DNA of 64,000 nucleotides from Thermoplasmata archaeon (GTDB lineage Archaea > Thermoplasmatota > Thermoplasmata > Lutacidiplasmatales > UBA184). Below, piece by piece: positions 18,739 through 28,057 of this stretch. Within the stretch, counting starts at the first letter, position 1. Each line of letters starts with the position of its first letter. Made by a program: the position numbers and the translations under genes. The notes below the pieces were generated by a model. The model was not told the DNA's origin and ran no database searches. It saw only the letters and a program-made list of their open reading frames with translations. Where the stretch lies: positions 6,650 through 70,649 of the forward strand of contig DATJUZ010000059.1 in the NCBI GenBank assembly GCA_035502035.1. Direction: 5' to 3'.

Positions 18739-19851
18739 ATGGCGAGCTGTCCGGCGTGCGGCGCGGACGTTCCCGCCTCCCTCGCCGAGTGCCCGGGCTG
18801 CAAGCTCTCCACGTCGCTCTTCGAGGCGGTCCGGGACGCCGCCGGTCGCACGTCGGACACCGACCCCGCCTACCTCGCGACCGTCGCCGAGCTGATCCGC
18901 TCGATCGACCTGACGGGCGCCCCGGAGCCGGCGCCGCCGCCCCTCCTCCGGCCCTCCCCGGTCGGCAAGGGCCCGGCCGTCCTCGACCTCCCGCGGAGCG
19001 AACCCGAGCTCCACCCGGAGCCGCTCGCCTCCCTCGCGACGCTTCCCCAGCTGCCCCCGCCGGACGGCGGCGATGCCGTCCGCCAACGGGCGCAGGAGTA
19101 CCTGCGGCTCGGGCGGCGCCTCGGCCTCGACCTCGCCGCGCTCGCGACGCGCGTCAGCGCCGCTGAGGTCTCCGGAGACGACCGGGCCCTGGACGCGGTG
19201 CTCCGCGAGCTGTTCGTGAACGTCGCGAGCGCGCTCGCCGTCGCGTTCGAGGAGCAGCTCACCCGGCGCCGCGAGATCGGTCAGCTCGTGCCGACCCCGA
19301 GCGCGGACGTCGAGCTGAACGCGATCCGCGGCTCGATCGAGGCGGGCGACCTCGTCGGCGCCGACCGCCGGCTCGCCCACGTCCAGGACGAGCTCGCGCG
19401 CCTCGAGGACGTCTGGGCGACCGGACGGATCCTGATCGCGAGCTGCGACATGCTCGCCGAGACCGCGCGGGAGCTCGGCGCCGACCCCGAGCCCGCCCTC
19501 GGACCGGTCCGGGAGGGCCGTCACGCCCTCGGCGCCGGCCACCGGGAGCTCGCCGAGCGCCTCCTCGCGCGGGGCGCGCTCGCCCTCTGGGCGATCGCCG
19601 AGCCACGGTTCTTCGACGAGCTCAAGCGGCTGCGCAACCGGCTGCTCGAGCTGCGCGACGGTGGCACCGAGCTCGCGCCGGCGCTCGCCGAGCTGCGGAT
19701 CGTCTCCACGGAGCTCCGGCGTCGGAACTTCGTCGGCACGATCAGTGCCTACCGCCAGCTCCGCACGTTCGTCGGCCCGGCCGACGCCGCCGAGCCCTCC
19801 GCCGCCGTGGGGCCGGACCCGAGCGGCGTCCGCTCGTCGCCGCACGCGTAG
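18739..19851 (+). CDS. Hypothetical protein with N-terminal zinc ribbon and long helical region
   Basis: 370 aa. Starts MASCPACGADVPASLAECPGCKL, then Leu/Ala/Glu/Arg-rich helical sequence. GC3-rich frame. Starts 10 nt after the htpX stop. Confidence 0.55.
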   Translation: MASCPACGADVPASLAECPGCKLSTSLFEAVRDAAGRTSDTDPAYLATVAELIRSIDLTGAPEPAPPPLLRPSPVGKGPAVLDLPRSEPELHPEPLASLATLPQLPPPDGGDAVRQRAQEYLRLGRRLGLDLAALATRVSAAEVSGDDRALDAVLRELFVNVASALAVAFEEQLTRRREIGQLVPTPSADVELNAIRGSIEAGDLVGADRRLAHVQDELARLEDVWATGRILIASCDMLAETARELGADPEPALGPVREGRHALGAGHRELAERLLARGALALWAIAEPRFFDELKRLRNRLLELRDGGTELAPALAELRIVSTELRRRNFVGTISAYRQLRTFVGPADAAEPSAAVGPDPSGVRSSPHA

Positions 19852-19882
19852 GTTAAAGAGCCATAGCTCGCTCGTTCGCCCG

Positions 19883-21172
19883 ATGAGCCCGGGCCCGCTG
19901 CGCGGCTTCCGCGACTACCCTCCGCCGGACGCCGGCGCGCGCTCGGAGCTCCGCCGCCGCATGCGCGCGGCGGCCCGGCGCTCGGGGTTCGTCGAGCTCG
20001 AGGTCCCGAGCGTGGAGAGCTTCGAGCTCTACCAGCGGAAGAGCGGCGAGGGGATCGCGGCAGAGACCTGGAGCTTCAGCGACAAGGGCGACCGGCCGGT
20101 CGCGCTCGTCCCGGAGCAGACCCCGTCGCTCGCGAGGGTGTTCGTCGAGCGCGGGAAGTCCGAGCCGCTGCCGGTGAAGTGGTTCACGGTCGGCAAGAGC
20201 TGGCGCTACGAGGAGCCCCAGGCCGGCCGGACCCGCGAGTTCGTCCAGTTCAACCTCGACATCCTCGGCGCCGAGGGTCCCGAGGCGGAGGTCGACCTGC
20301 TGACGACCGCCTCGCTCCTCATGGACGAGGTCGGGGCGAAGGGCCTCTACGCGTTCCGCCTCAACGACCGCGCGATCGCCGAGGGGCTCGGCCGCCTCTA
20401 CGGGGCGACCGACGGGGCCCGGTTCTTCCGCGCCGTCGACCGGTTCCGCAAGGCTCCGCCCGCGGAGTTCGCCGGCGAGCTGGAGGCGGCGGGGGTCCCG
20501 ACGTCGCGCACGGCCGAGCTCGCCGAGCTGCTCCGCAGCGCCGGCGGCGGGGTCGCCCCCTCGGAGGTCGAGCGGTTCCTCTCCGGCCTCGGCTCGCGCG
20601 GCTTCGACGCCGCCGCGACCGCCGGGGTCGCGCGCCTCACGCGGCTCTTCGCGCTCCTCGAGAAGGTCGGCCTGGACGATCGCGTCGTCTACGACCCGAC
20701 GGTCGTCCGGGGCCTCGCTTACTACACGTCGACGGTCTTCGAGGCGTTCAGCCGCCGGGGGGAGGGCCGGTCGGTCTTCGGCGGAGGGCGCTACGACCAT
20801 CTCGTCGAGCTGTTCGGGGGGGCACCGACCCCCGCGGCCGGCCTCGCGATCGGCGACCAGACGCTCGAGCTGCTGCTGCGGGACGGCGGTCGCTGGCCGG
20901 ACGGGGAGCCGCCGCTCGACACCTACGTGGTCGTCGCCCGGCCGGAGCTCGTCCCGGACGCGCTCGCCCTGGTCGAGCGCCTGCGTCGGAGCGGGGTGTC
21001 GGCCGACGCCGACCTCCTCGGCCGGTCGCTCTCGCGCCAGCTCAGGGAGGCGGCGCGTCGAAGGAGCCGTCGGGCGCTGATCCTGGGTCTTCGGGAGGCG
21101 CCCCCGGGGGCGGTGGTCGAGCGTGATCTGGCCTCGGGTGCGCAGCGTGAGCTCGCGCCGGGGGCTCTTTGA
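19883..21172 (+). CDS. hisS: Histidyl-tRNA synthetase
   Basis: 429 aa from ATG 19883 inside track ORF 19661..21172. Contains GFRDYPPPD, LVPEQTPSLARV, REFVQFNLDILG and GGGRYDHLV motifs plus an anticodon-binding-like C-terminus. TTAAAG box 25-30 nt upstream. Confidence 0.9.
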   Translation: MSPGPLRGFRDYPPPDAGARSELRRRMRAAARRSGFVELEVPSVESFELYQRKSGEGIAAETWSFSDKGDRPVALVPEQTPSLARVFVERGKSEPLPVKWFTVGKSWRYEEPQAGRTREFVQFNLDILGAEGPEAEVDLLTTASLLMDEVGAKGLYAFRLNDRAIAEGLGRLYGATDGARFFRAVDRFRKAPPAEFAGELEAAGVPTSRTAELAELLRSAGGGVAPSEVERFLSGLGSRGFDAAATAGVARLTRLFALLEKVGLDDRVVYDPTVVRGLAYYTSTVFEAFSRRGEGRSVFGGGRYDHLVELFGGAPTPAAGLAIGDQTLELLLRDGGRWPDGEPPLDTYVVVARPELVPDALALVERLRRSGVSADADLLGRSLSRQLREAARRRSRRALILGLREAPPGAVVERDLASGAQRELAPGAL

Positions 21173-21926
21173 TGAACGGGTTCATCGACTCGAACATCTC
21201 GGCGTCCCAGAGCAGGATGCCGGGCGGCGACTCGGCGCCGTCCACGAACCCGTACCAGTAGACGACCGCCCCCTCGCCGAAGATCTCGGTGTACGGACCG
21301 AGCTGGCGCCGGAGGTTCTTGCGCAGCTCGACGTCGTCCCCGAAGTTCGCCTTCGACTCGATCCACGTCAGCTTCTGGCCGTAGATCACGATCGGCTCGT
21401 CCAGGAGGGCGTCCGGGGTCTTCTGGTACTTGCCGCGGAGGTCCTTCTCCGTCCGGAAGCCGATCCCGTGGCGGTCGAGCCAGCGGTGCATGCGCTCCTC
21501 CCCCTTGCGGCCCCGCTCCCGCTGGAGCTCGAGCCCCTGGGGGGAGTAGATCATGTCGTGCGCGAGGAGGGCCTCGACCTCCTTGCGGAGGCGTGGGTCC
21601 GGCGCGGTCTCCGGGTGGAGGAACGCCTGCCAGACCTTCTTGCGCGGCACGCCGAGCTCGGCGATCATGATCTGGCCCATCAGCACCGGCGGGAACCGCC
21701 ACTCCCGGGCGATGTCGAGCATCGAGCGCCCGTGCTTGTACTGCGCGACGAGCTTCGGGACCTGGCGCTTCACGACGTAGAAGCGGCGGGTCGCATCCCG
21801 CGTGACCCGGTGCGTGTGGATCACCATGAGGAGCTCCTCGTCGCGGTGCTCCTCGTGGGCGACGCGGTGCACATCCTCGTACGTCGCGAGGGTCTCGGAG
21901 AGACGCTGGTAGGTGGCGCGGTCCAT
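21042..21926 (-). CDS. TPD-motif PD-(D/E)xK nuclease-like protein (CDIN1/C15orf41-like)
   Basis: Contains YQKTPDALLDEPIVIYGQKLTWIESKANFG (TPD motif plus an E-S-K nuclease-like motif), preceded by HTH-like segments. Start ambiguous: ATG 21926 (MDRATYQRL) or GTG 21977. The low-complexity C-terminal tail overlaps the hisS 3' end. Confidence 0.6.
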   Translation of the reverse strand: MDRATYQRLSETLATYEDVHRVAHEEHRDEELLMVIHTHRVTRDATRRFYVVKRQVPKLVAQYKHGRSMLDIAREWRFPPVLMGQIMIAELGVPRKKVWQAFLHPETAPDPRLRKEVEALLAHDMIYSPQGLELQRERGRKGEERMHRWLDRHGIGFRTEKDLRGKYQKTPDALLDEPIVIYGQKLTWIESKANFGDDVELRKNLRRQLGPYTEIFGEGAVVYWYGFVDGAESPPGILLWDAEMFESMNPFIKEPPARAHAAHPRPDHARPPPPGAPPEDPGSAPDGSFDAPPP

Positions 21927-21989
21927 GCAGGGTTCCCGGGGGCGGTGGTGGCGGCGAGACCCGGGCGGGCTTAACACCTCGCCGGCGCG

Positions 21990-22796
21990 CTACTCCCGCC
22001 AGTCGAGCCCGACCGTCCGCAGTCCGAGCTTGGCGACCGGCGGCGTCCGGCGCTTGTGACGGTGCTGCGCGACCCGCGCGAGAACGGCGCGGACGAGCTC
22101 CGGGGGGAGCCCGGTCGAACGGACGACCTCCTCCTCGCGCTCGAGGAGCTCGACGCGCCGCAGGACCCGGTCGACGTCGGCGTACGTGCTCCCGAGCTCC
22201 CCCTCGTCGGTCTGGCCGACCCAGAAGCCGGCCGTCGGCGGGCGCTCGCGGACCTCGGCGGGCAGGCCGAGCTGCGCTGCGAGCGCGTAAACGTCCGTCT
22301 TGTACAGGTCGCCGATCGGCAGCAGGTCGACGCCCCCGTCGCCGTACTTGGTGAAGTAGCCGAGCAGCAGCTCGGACTTGTTGCCGGTCCCGGCCACGAG
22401 GCGCCGCTCCTCGCGGGCGATCGCGTAGAGGAGCGTCATCCGGATGCGCGCCGCGGTGTTGCCGACCGTCACGCGGTCGTCGATCGCCGGCAGCGCCGTC
22501 CGGAACGCTCGCTCGATCGGGTCGATCGGCAGCGTGCGGTGGCCGATCCCCAGCGCGTCGGCGTACCGCTCGGTCTCCGCTACGACCTCCGGGGCGACAT
22601 GAACGTTCGGCAGCAGCACCCCGAGGACCTGCGCCGGGCCGAGCGCGTCGCGCGCGAGGCGCGCGACCAGCGCGCTGTCGACCCCGCCGGAGAGCCCGAC
22701 CACGACCCCCCGCCGGCCGTTCCCGAGCGCGTGGGCCCGCAGGAACGCGGAGATCGTCTCGACCGCGTGGGGGGGAGGCGGCGGGGGGCCGCTCAC
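21990..22796 (-). CDS. nadE: NH3-dependent NAD+ synthetase
   Basis: 268 aa. Contains VVGLSGGVDSALVA (PP-loop), GTGNKSELLLGYFTKYGDGG and DLLPIGDLYKTDV motifs. GTG start forms a GTGA overlap with the upstream gene stop (22793-22796). Confidence 0.85.
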   Translation of the reverse strand: MSGPPPPPPHAVETISAFLRAHALGNGRRGVVVGLSGGVDSALVARLARDALGPAQVLGVLLPNVHVAPEVVAETERYADALGIGHRTLPIDPIERAFRTALPAIDDRVTVGNTAARIRMTLLYAIAREERRLVAGTGNKSELLLGYFTKYGDGGVDLLPIGDLYKTDVYALAAQLGLPAEVRERPPTAGFWVGQTDEGELGSTYADVDRVLRRVELLEREEEVVRSTGLPPELVRAVLARVAQHRHKRRTPPVAKLGLRTVGLDWRE

Positions 22797-23815
22797 GCCT
22801 CGACCCCGGCCGCCTCGTAGCGGCCGGCGGCCTCCCAGGTCGACCGGCAGTCGCACGAGAGCTCGGCGAGCGGCTCGAAGCGCTGGGCGAGCGACGCCTC
22901 CTCGATCGCGGCAAGGACCCGGCGGTCGCACGCCCCGCAGTTGTGCGGGCCCCGGGGCAGGCCCCCGGCGGTCGGGAACGAGACGAGGCGGCTCCCGCCC
23001 CTCGCGCTGGCGCCGGCGCGGAGCACCTCGACGACCGACCAGAGCCACGGCGGGCGGTACCGACCCCGCCGGAACAGCCACTCGACGACCGTCCCCCCCT
23101 GGATGTGGACCGGGTTGACCGACATCGCGTCGAACCGCGGCGCTGCCTCGCGTACCGAGCGGACGACGTCGGCGATGGATTCCGCCTCGGTCAGGTACGG
23201 CGGCTTGAGCAAAAGGTAGGCCTTCGCCCGCGCCCCGAGCCGACGCACGCGGTCGGCGGCGTCCAGGTAGGCCGACGGCGGGGCGTTCTTGTGGACGTAG
23301 CGGGCGAGCACGACCGGGTCGGTCGACTCGAGCCCGAGCGCGACCTCGAGCTCTCCCGAGAACGCCTCCCGGAGCGGTCCGACCGCTTCGTCGGTCGCGA
23401 ACTCGGGGAGCGTCTCGAACAGCAGGCGCCGGGCGCGCCCGGAGAACGCCCGGACGATCGCCTCGCGGCTCGCCGGGTCGACCTCCCGGTCGTCCAGGAA
23501 GCTCCCGCTCGTGTACAGCTTCACGTACGGCTCGTCGCGGTAGCGGCCGAGCGCGTGCGCGAGCTGACGGGCGAGCTCCGCCGGCGTCGCCGAGCGGCCG
23601 AGCGTGTCGCGCGCGTAGCCGCACATCGAGCAGCCCTTCGCGTCCGCCCAGTAGCACCCCCGGGTCCTCAGGATCAGCACGAACGCCGGGACGCGCTCGG
23701 AGCCGAGCGCCTCCGCCTCGACCCAGGCGTTGACGTAGCGCGACGCCCCGTCCGGGGACGCCGGCTCCGGGCGCCGCTCCCGGGCGACGCTCCGCGCGAG
23801 CGACTCGGGGCTCAC
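22793..23815 (-). CDS. Radical SAM protein, TIGR01210 / RaSEA-like (archaeosine biosynthesis partner of ArcS)
   Basis: 340 aa. Contains the RTRGCYWADAKGCSMCGY cysteine cluster, LGLESTD and a C-terminal Cys cluster (HNCGACD...CDC). GTGA overlap with ribK (23812-23815). Family call is from memory of the motif. Confidence 0.65.
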   Translation of the reverse strand: MSPESLARSVARERRPEPASPDGASRYVNAWVEAEALGSERVPAFVLILRTRGCYWADAKGCSMCGYARDTLGRSATPAELARQLAHALGRYRDEPYVKLYTSGSFLDDREVDPASREAIVRAFSGRARRLLFETLPEFATDEAVGPLREAFSGELEVALGLESTDPVVLARYVHKNAPPSAYLDAADRVRRLGARAKAYLLLKPPYLTEAESIADVVRSVREAAPRFDAMSVNPVHIQGGTVVEWLFRRGRYRPPWLWSVVEVLRAGASARGGSRLVSFPTAGGLPRGPHNCGACDRRVLAAIEEASLAQRFEPLAELSCDCRSTWEAAGRYEAAGVEA

Positions 23816-24519
23816 CGTTCCTCCAGCTCGGCGGTGACGGCGTCCCCGTCCTTGAGACGGAGCCGCGTGCGCAGGCGCTCGCGGGCGACGAACTCCACGA
23901 CGTCCTGGTAGTGGGAGCGGTCCGGCCGGATGAGGTGGCAGGCGTGGCCGTTGAGCTTCGCCGGGTAGCACGTCGCCCCCCCGAACGTGCGCCCGGCCGC
24001 CTCGAACCCGTCGATCCGCAGGCCGCTCCAGTCCCGGAGCGCCCCGAGACGCCGGCCCTCGGCCGGGCGGACGCGGACGTTGAGCGTTCCCGGGTACGGC
24101 TCGTAGCCGAGGCGCTCGGCGAACTGCACGACGTACCCCGGCTGGCTGAGGTAGTAGCGGCCCTCCCCGAGCCCGCTCGCGACCTCCCCCGCGAGCGACG
24201 TCCGCGCGGGACCCTCGAAGATCCGCCGGTAGCTGCGATACTCCGCGCGCAGCTGCTCGAGGGCGGCGGGGGTCAGGCTGAGCCGCTGGCGACGGTTCGC
24301 GAGCGAGCGGGCGAGGAAGCCGCGACGCTCGAGCTCGAGCAGGTAGCGGTCCGCGGCCTGCTGGCTGACCCCGAGCCGCTCGCCGAGGTCGCGGGAGGTG
24401 AGGACGACCGGCGTGTGGTCGGCGCCGGCGAGCGCGAGCAGCTTGAGCACGGCCAGGAGCTCGCCGCGCGTGCGGGGGGTCGCCGGCTCGTCGGTCGACG
24501 GACGACGGTCGGCGCTCAC
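23812..24519 (-). CDS. ribK: CTP-dependent riboflavin kinase with N-terminal winged-HTH domain
   Basis: 235 aa. N-terminal wHTH-like segment (LTSRDLGERLGVSQQAADRYLLELERRGFL). C-terminal archaeal riboflavin kinase-like segment (YPGTLNVRV...GATCYPAKLNGHACHLIRP). GTGA overlap with the Sm gene. Confidence 0.8.
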   Translation of the reverse strand: MSADRRPSTDEPATPRTRGELLAVLKLLALAGADHTPVVLTSRDLGERLGVSQQAADRYLLELERRGFLARSLANRRQRLSLTPAALEQLRAEYRSYRRIFEGPARTSLAGEVASGLGEGRYYLSQPGYVVQFAERLGYEPYPGTLNVRVRPAEGRRLGALRDWSGLRIDGFEAAGRTFGGATCYPAKLNGHACHLIRPDRSHYQDVVEFVARERLRTRLRLKDGDAVTAELEER

Positions 24520-24764
24520 CGACCCTTCGCGTGGCCGGGGGCGGCGTTCGCCGCGTTGAGCGAGACGATGTTCGACCCTCGGACGACCAGGCGCCCGAGG
24601 TGGCGGGCGACGTCGGCACCCCGCTCGTTCGCGTCGTCAAGGACGAGGTTCAGGTGGTCGTCCGTCCCGAGGAGCTTCCCGTCGAGCTCGCGTCCGTCCT
24701 TCAGCCGCAGGGTGACCGGCTGGCCGACCAGACGCTCGACCACGGCGAGGGGGGCATCGACCAT
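24516..24764 (-). CDS. Sm-like (LSm) archaeal RNA-binding protein
   Basis: 82 aa. Sm1/Sm2-like pattern VTLRLKDGRELDGKLLGTDDHLNLVLDDA...LVVRGSNIVSL. CTTTAG-type AT island about 25-30 nt upstream. Confidence 0.8.
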   Translation of the reverse strand: MVDAPLAVVERLVGQPVTLRLKDGRELDGKLLGTDDHLNLVLDDANERGADVARHLGRLVVRGSNIVSLNAANAAPGHAKGR

Positions 24765-24861
24765 CGCCGCGGCGACCGGTCCCCCCGCTTTAGGGTTTCT
24801 CGGCCGCCCCGACCCCCACCGCCTCCGCTGACGCTATGGCCGCCGGCTCGTCGGTCGGCCG

Positions 24862-26055
24862 ATGCCCCGCGTCGCCCGCAGGCCCCCGCCCGCGCCGGCC
24901 GTCGCTCCCCCCTCGACCGACGCCGGCCTCACGGGGGTCGTTGTCGGGCGGTCGGCGATCAGCTGGGTCGGGGGGGAGTCGAGCGACCTCGTCTTCCGGG
25001 GGTTCGACGTGCGCGAGCTCGTCCCCGGCGTGCCGTTCGAGTCGGTCGCGCACCTGCTCCTGTTCGGCGACCCTCCCGGCTCCGACCCGTCCCCGATCGT
25101 CACCACGGCGCTGGCCGCGGCCCGCGCCGCCCCGAGCCCGGCCGCCGCCGTCGTCGACAGCCTCCCCCCCACGCTCCCGCCGCTGGAGGCGCTGCGGACG
25201 ATCCTCTCGGCGCTGGGCGACGGCTCGTTCGGCTATCCGCCCCGCCTGGAGGACGGCTACCGGCTGATCGCGCTCAGCCCCGTGCTCCTCGCCCGGTTCG
25301 TGCAGCGCAGCCGGGGCCTGCCCGCCATCGCCCCGCGGCCCGAGCTCGGGCACGTCGCCAACTACCTCTGGATGCTGCGGGGGCGCGAGCCGTCGCCTCG
25401 CGAGGTCGCCGCGCTGGAGGCGTACTTCGACCTCCTCGCCGACCACGGGATGAACGCCTCGACGTTCGTGCTGCGGATCGCGATCTCGACCCACTCCGAC
25501 CTCGCGAGCGCCGCGACCGCCGCGCTCGCGACGCTGAAGGGACCGCTCCACGGGGGCGCGCCGAGCCGGGTCGTGGAGATGCTCAACGCGGTCGGCTCGC
25601 CGGACGCCGCCGAGGGCTGGGTCCGCGAGCGGCTCGCGCGTCGCGAGCTGCTCTACGGCTTCGGCCACCGGGCCTACAAGTCCGAGGACCCGCGGGGCCT
25701 CCTCCTCCACGCGGTCGCGCGCGAGGTCGCCGACCCGAAGCGCCTCGAGCTCGCCGAGACCGTCGAGCGCGTCGGGCTCGCCGCGCTGCGGGCGGCCCAC
25801 CCGGAGGCGCGCATCTTCGCCAACGTCGAGTTCTACAGCGCGGTCGTCCTCGAGGCGATCGGCCTGCGGCCGGAGCTGTTCACGCCGACGTTCGCGCTGG
25901 CGCGGACCGTGGGGTGGACCGCCCACGCGCTCGAGCAGGCCGCGGAGAACAAGCTGATCCGGCCCGATGTCGCCTACGTCGGTCCGGCAAAGGGCCGCGC
26001 GTGGCCGCGTCCCCGGGGCCGGGCCGTGTCCGCCCGCCGCCGGCCCGACGCCTAG
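24862..26055 (+). CDS. Citrate synthase (or 2-methylcitrate synthase)
   Basis: 397 aa. Contains [17 protein letters not shown] and [13 protein letters not shown] motifs. Confidence 0.85.
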   Translation: MPRVARRPPPAPAVAPPSTDAGLTGVVVGRSAISWVGGESSDLVFRGFDVRELVPGVPFESVAHLLLFGDPPGSDPSPIVTTALAAARAAPSPAAAVVDSLPPTLPPLEALRTILSALGDGSFGYPPRLEDGYRLIALSPVLLARFVQRSRGLPAIAPRPELGHVANYLWMLRGREPSPREVAALEAYFDLLADHGMNASTFVLRIAISTHSDLASAATAALATLKGPLHGGAPSRVVEMLNAVGSPDAAEGWVRERLARRELLYGFGHRAYKSEDPRGLLLHAVAREVADPKRLELAETVERVGLAALRAAHPEARIFANVEFYSAVVLEAIGLRPELFTPTFALARTVGWTAHALEQAAENKLIRPDVAYVGPAKGRAWPRPRGRAVSARRRPDA

Positions 26056-27950
26056 GACGAGCCTTTCTCGCCGTCGTCGTGGACGACCTTGAAGTCGGCG
26101 TCGACCGGGCCCCCGCTGGGCGGAGCCCCGCCGGAAGGCGGCGGGGGGCCCGCGTCCGCGCCGCTCGGCGGCGCGTCCTCGCCCCCGGGTCCCCCCGGCG
26201 GCCGGTAGAGCTTCTGGGCGACGGCGTGGAGGGCCTGGGTCAGCTCCTCGGTCTTCTCCCGGACCTGGCTGACCGTCGCGTCCGATCGCTGGACGGCCTC
26301 GCGGACCGCCTTGACCCGCTCGCGGATCTGGTCGGACTCGGCGGCGTCGAGCTTCTCCTTCGCGTCGGTGAGGAGCCGCTCGGCCTCGTAGGCGAGCGCC
26401 TCCGCCTGGTTCTTCGCCTCGATCAGCTCGGCCCGCTCCCGGTCCTTCGAGGCGAACTCCTCCGCCTGGCGGATCATCTTCGCGACGTCGTCCTTTGAGA
26501 GCTTGTTGGAGGCGGTGATCGTGATCCCCTGCTTCCGGCCGCTGGCGAGGTCCTTCGCCGAGACGTTGAGGATCCCGTTCGCGTCGATGTCGAAGCTGAC
26601 CTCGATCTGGGGAACGCCGCGCGGCGCCGGCGGGATCCCGGTCAGGAGGAAGCTGCCGAGCGGTACGTTGTCGGCGGCGATCGGCCGCTCCCCCTGGAAG
26701 ACCTTGATCTCGACCGTCGACTGGTTGTCCGAGGGGGTCGTGAACGTCTGGCTCTTACGCGTCGGGATCGTCGTGTTGCGCTCGATGAGGTGCGTGTGCA
26801 CCCCGCCGAGCGTCTCGACCCCGAGCGACAGCGGCGTGACGTCGAGCAGCAGGACGTCCTTCACCTCGCCGGCGAGGACCCCGCCCTGGATCGCCGCCCC
26901 CATCGCGACGCACTCCATCGGATCGACGCCGCGCTCGATCGGCCGCCCGATCGCCTGCTCGAGGAACTTCTGGACGATCGGCATGCGCGTCGGGCCGCCG
27001 ACGAGGACGACGCGCGCGATCTCCTCCTTCGGGATCTTCGCGTCGCGGACCGCCTGATCGACCGGTGCCCGGCACCGCTCGATGATCGGGCGGACGAGCT
27101 CCTCGAGCTTCGCCCGCGTCACCTGGAGCGCGAGATGCTTCGGACCGTCCTGGGTCGCGGTCAGGAACGGGAGGTTGACCTGGGTGTCGATCGTCGAGGA
27201 GAGCTCGATCTTCGCCTTCTCGGCGGCGTCGCGCACCCGCTGCATCGCCATCTTGTCGGAGCGGATGTTCACGCCGGAGTCCTTCTGGAACTCGCCGACG
27301 ATCCAGTCGGTGATCGCGTTGTCCATGTCCGTCCCGCCGAGCTGGGTGTCGCCGGCCGTCGCGAGGACCTCGAAGACCCCGTCGCCGAACTCCATGAGCG
27401 TGACGTCGAGCGTCCCGCCCCCGAGGTCGAAGACGAGGATCTTCTGGTTCTTGCCGGCCTTGTCGAGGCCGTAGGCGAGGGAGGCGGCCGTCGGCTCGTT
27501 GATGATCCGCACGACCTCGAGGCCCGCGATCGAGCCGGCGTCCTTGGTCGCCTGGCGCTGGTTGTCGTTGAAGTAGGCCGGAACGGTGATGACCGCCTTG
27601 TCGACCTTCTCGCCGAGGAACGCCTCGGCGTCCCGCTTGATCTTCTGGAGCAGGAACGCGCTGAGCTGCTGCGGGGTGTACGACTTCCCGTAGAGGGAGT
27701 ACTTGTGGTCCGTCCCCATCTTCCGCTTGAACGCGGTGACGGTCCCCTCGGGGTTGGAGATCGCCTGGCGGCGGGCGGGCTCTCCGACGATCAGCTGGCC
27801 GTCCTTGGTGAACGCGACGTACGACGGGAACGCCTTCCCGCCGCCGACGGTCGTCCCCTCGGCGCTGGGGACGATCTGGGGCCGCCCGCCTTCGAGGACC
27901 GCCGCCGCCGAGTTGCTCGTTCCGAGGTCGATTCCGAGGATCTTGGCCAT
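26052..27950 (-). CDS. dnaK: Molecular chaperone DnaK (Hsp70)
   Basis: 632 aa from [18 protein letters not shown]. Contains [10 protein letters not shown] and [10 protein letters not shown] motifs and a Gly/Pro-rich C-terminus. The track ORF extends 31 codons further upstream. Confidence 0.95.
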   Translation of the reverse strand: MAKILGIDLGTSNSAAAVLEGGRPQIVPSAEGTTVGGGKAFPSYVAFTKDGQLIVGEPARRQAISNPEGTVTAFKRKMGTDHKYSLYGKSYTPQQLSAFLLQKIKRDAEAFLGEKVDKAVITVPAYFNDNQRQATKDAGSIAGLEVVRIINEPTAASLAYGLDKAGKNQKILVFDLGGGTLDVTLMEFGDGVFEVLATAGDTQLGGTDMDNAITDWIVGEFQKDSGVNIRSDKMAMQRVRDAAEKAKIELSSTIDTQVNLPFLTATQDGPKHLALQVTRAKLEELVRPIIERCRAPVDQAVRDAKIPKEEIARVVLVGGPTRMPIVQKFLEQAIGRPIERGVDPMECVAMGAAIQGGVLAGEVKDVLLLDVTPLSLGVETLGGVHTHLIERNTTIPTRKSQTFTTPSDNQSTVEIKVFQGERPIAADNVPLGSFLLTGIPPAPRGVPQIEVSFDIDANGILNVSAKDLASGRKQGITITASNKLSKDDVAKMIRQAEEFASKDRERAELIEAKNQAEALAYEAERLLTDAKEKLDAAESDQIRERVKAVREAVQRSDATVSQVREKTEELTQALHAVAQKLYRPPGGPGGEDAPPSGADAGPPPPSGGAPPSGGPVDADFKVVHDDGEKGSS

Positions 27951-28027
27951 GTTACCCTGCTCCCGGCAGGCCCGCGGCGAACGATCGTTCCCGGCGTGGC
28001 CCGCTCGTTGGGATAAGAAAGCACTGC

Positions 28028-28034
28028 TATAAAA
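28028..28034. promoter_or_regulatory. TATA box (TATAAAA on plus, TTTTATA on minus) between dnaK and the unassigned region
   Basis: Strong AT island about 80 nt upstream of the dnaK ATG. In plus orientation it could drive a transcript starting near 28058. Confidence 0.4.
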
Positions 28035-28057
28035 GCGCGCCACCCTCGACGCCGGAC

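Noticed and set aside
13556-19845. Minus-strand ORFs of 742, 785 and 996 aa covering the oxidoreductase, tiaS, htpX and downstream genes
   Set aside because: Shadow ORFs. They are extreme Arg/Pro/Gly/Asp-rich and unrecognisable, and they overlap plus-strand genes with strong family motifs.
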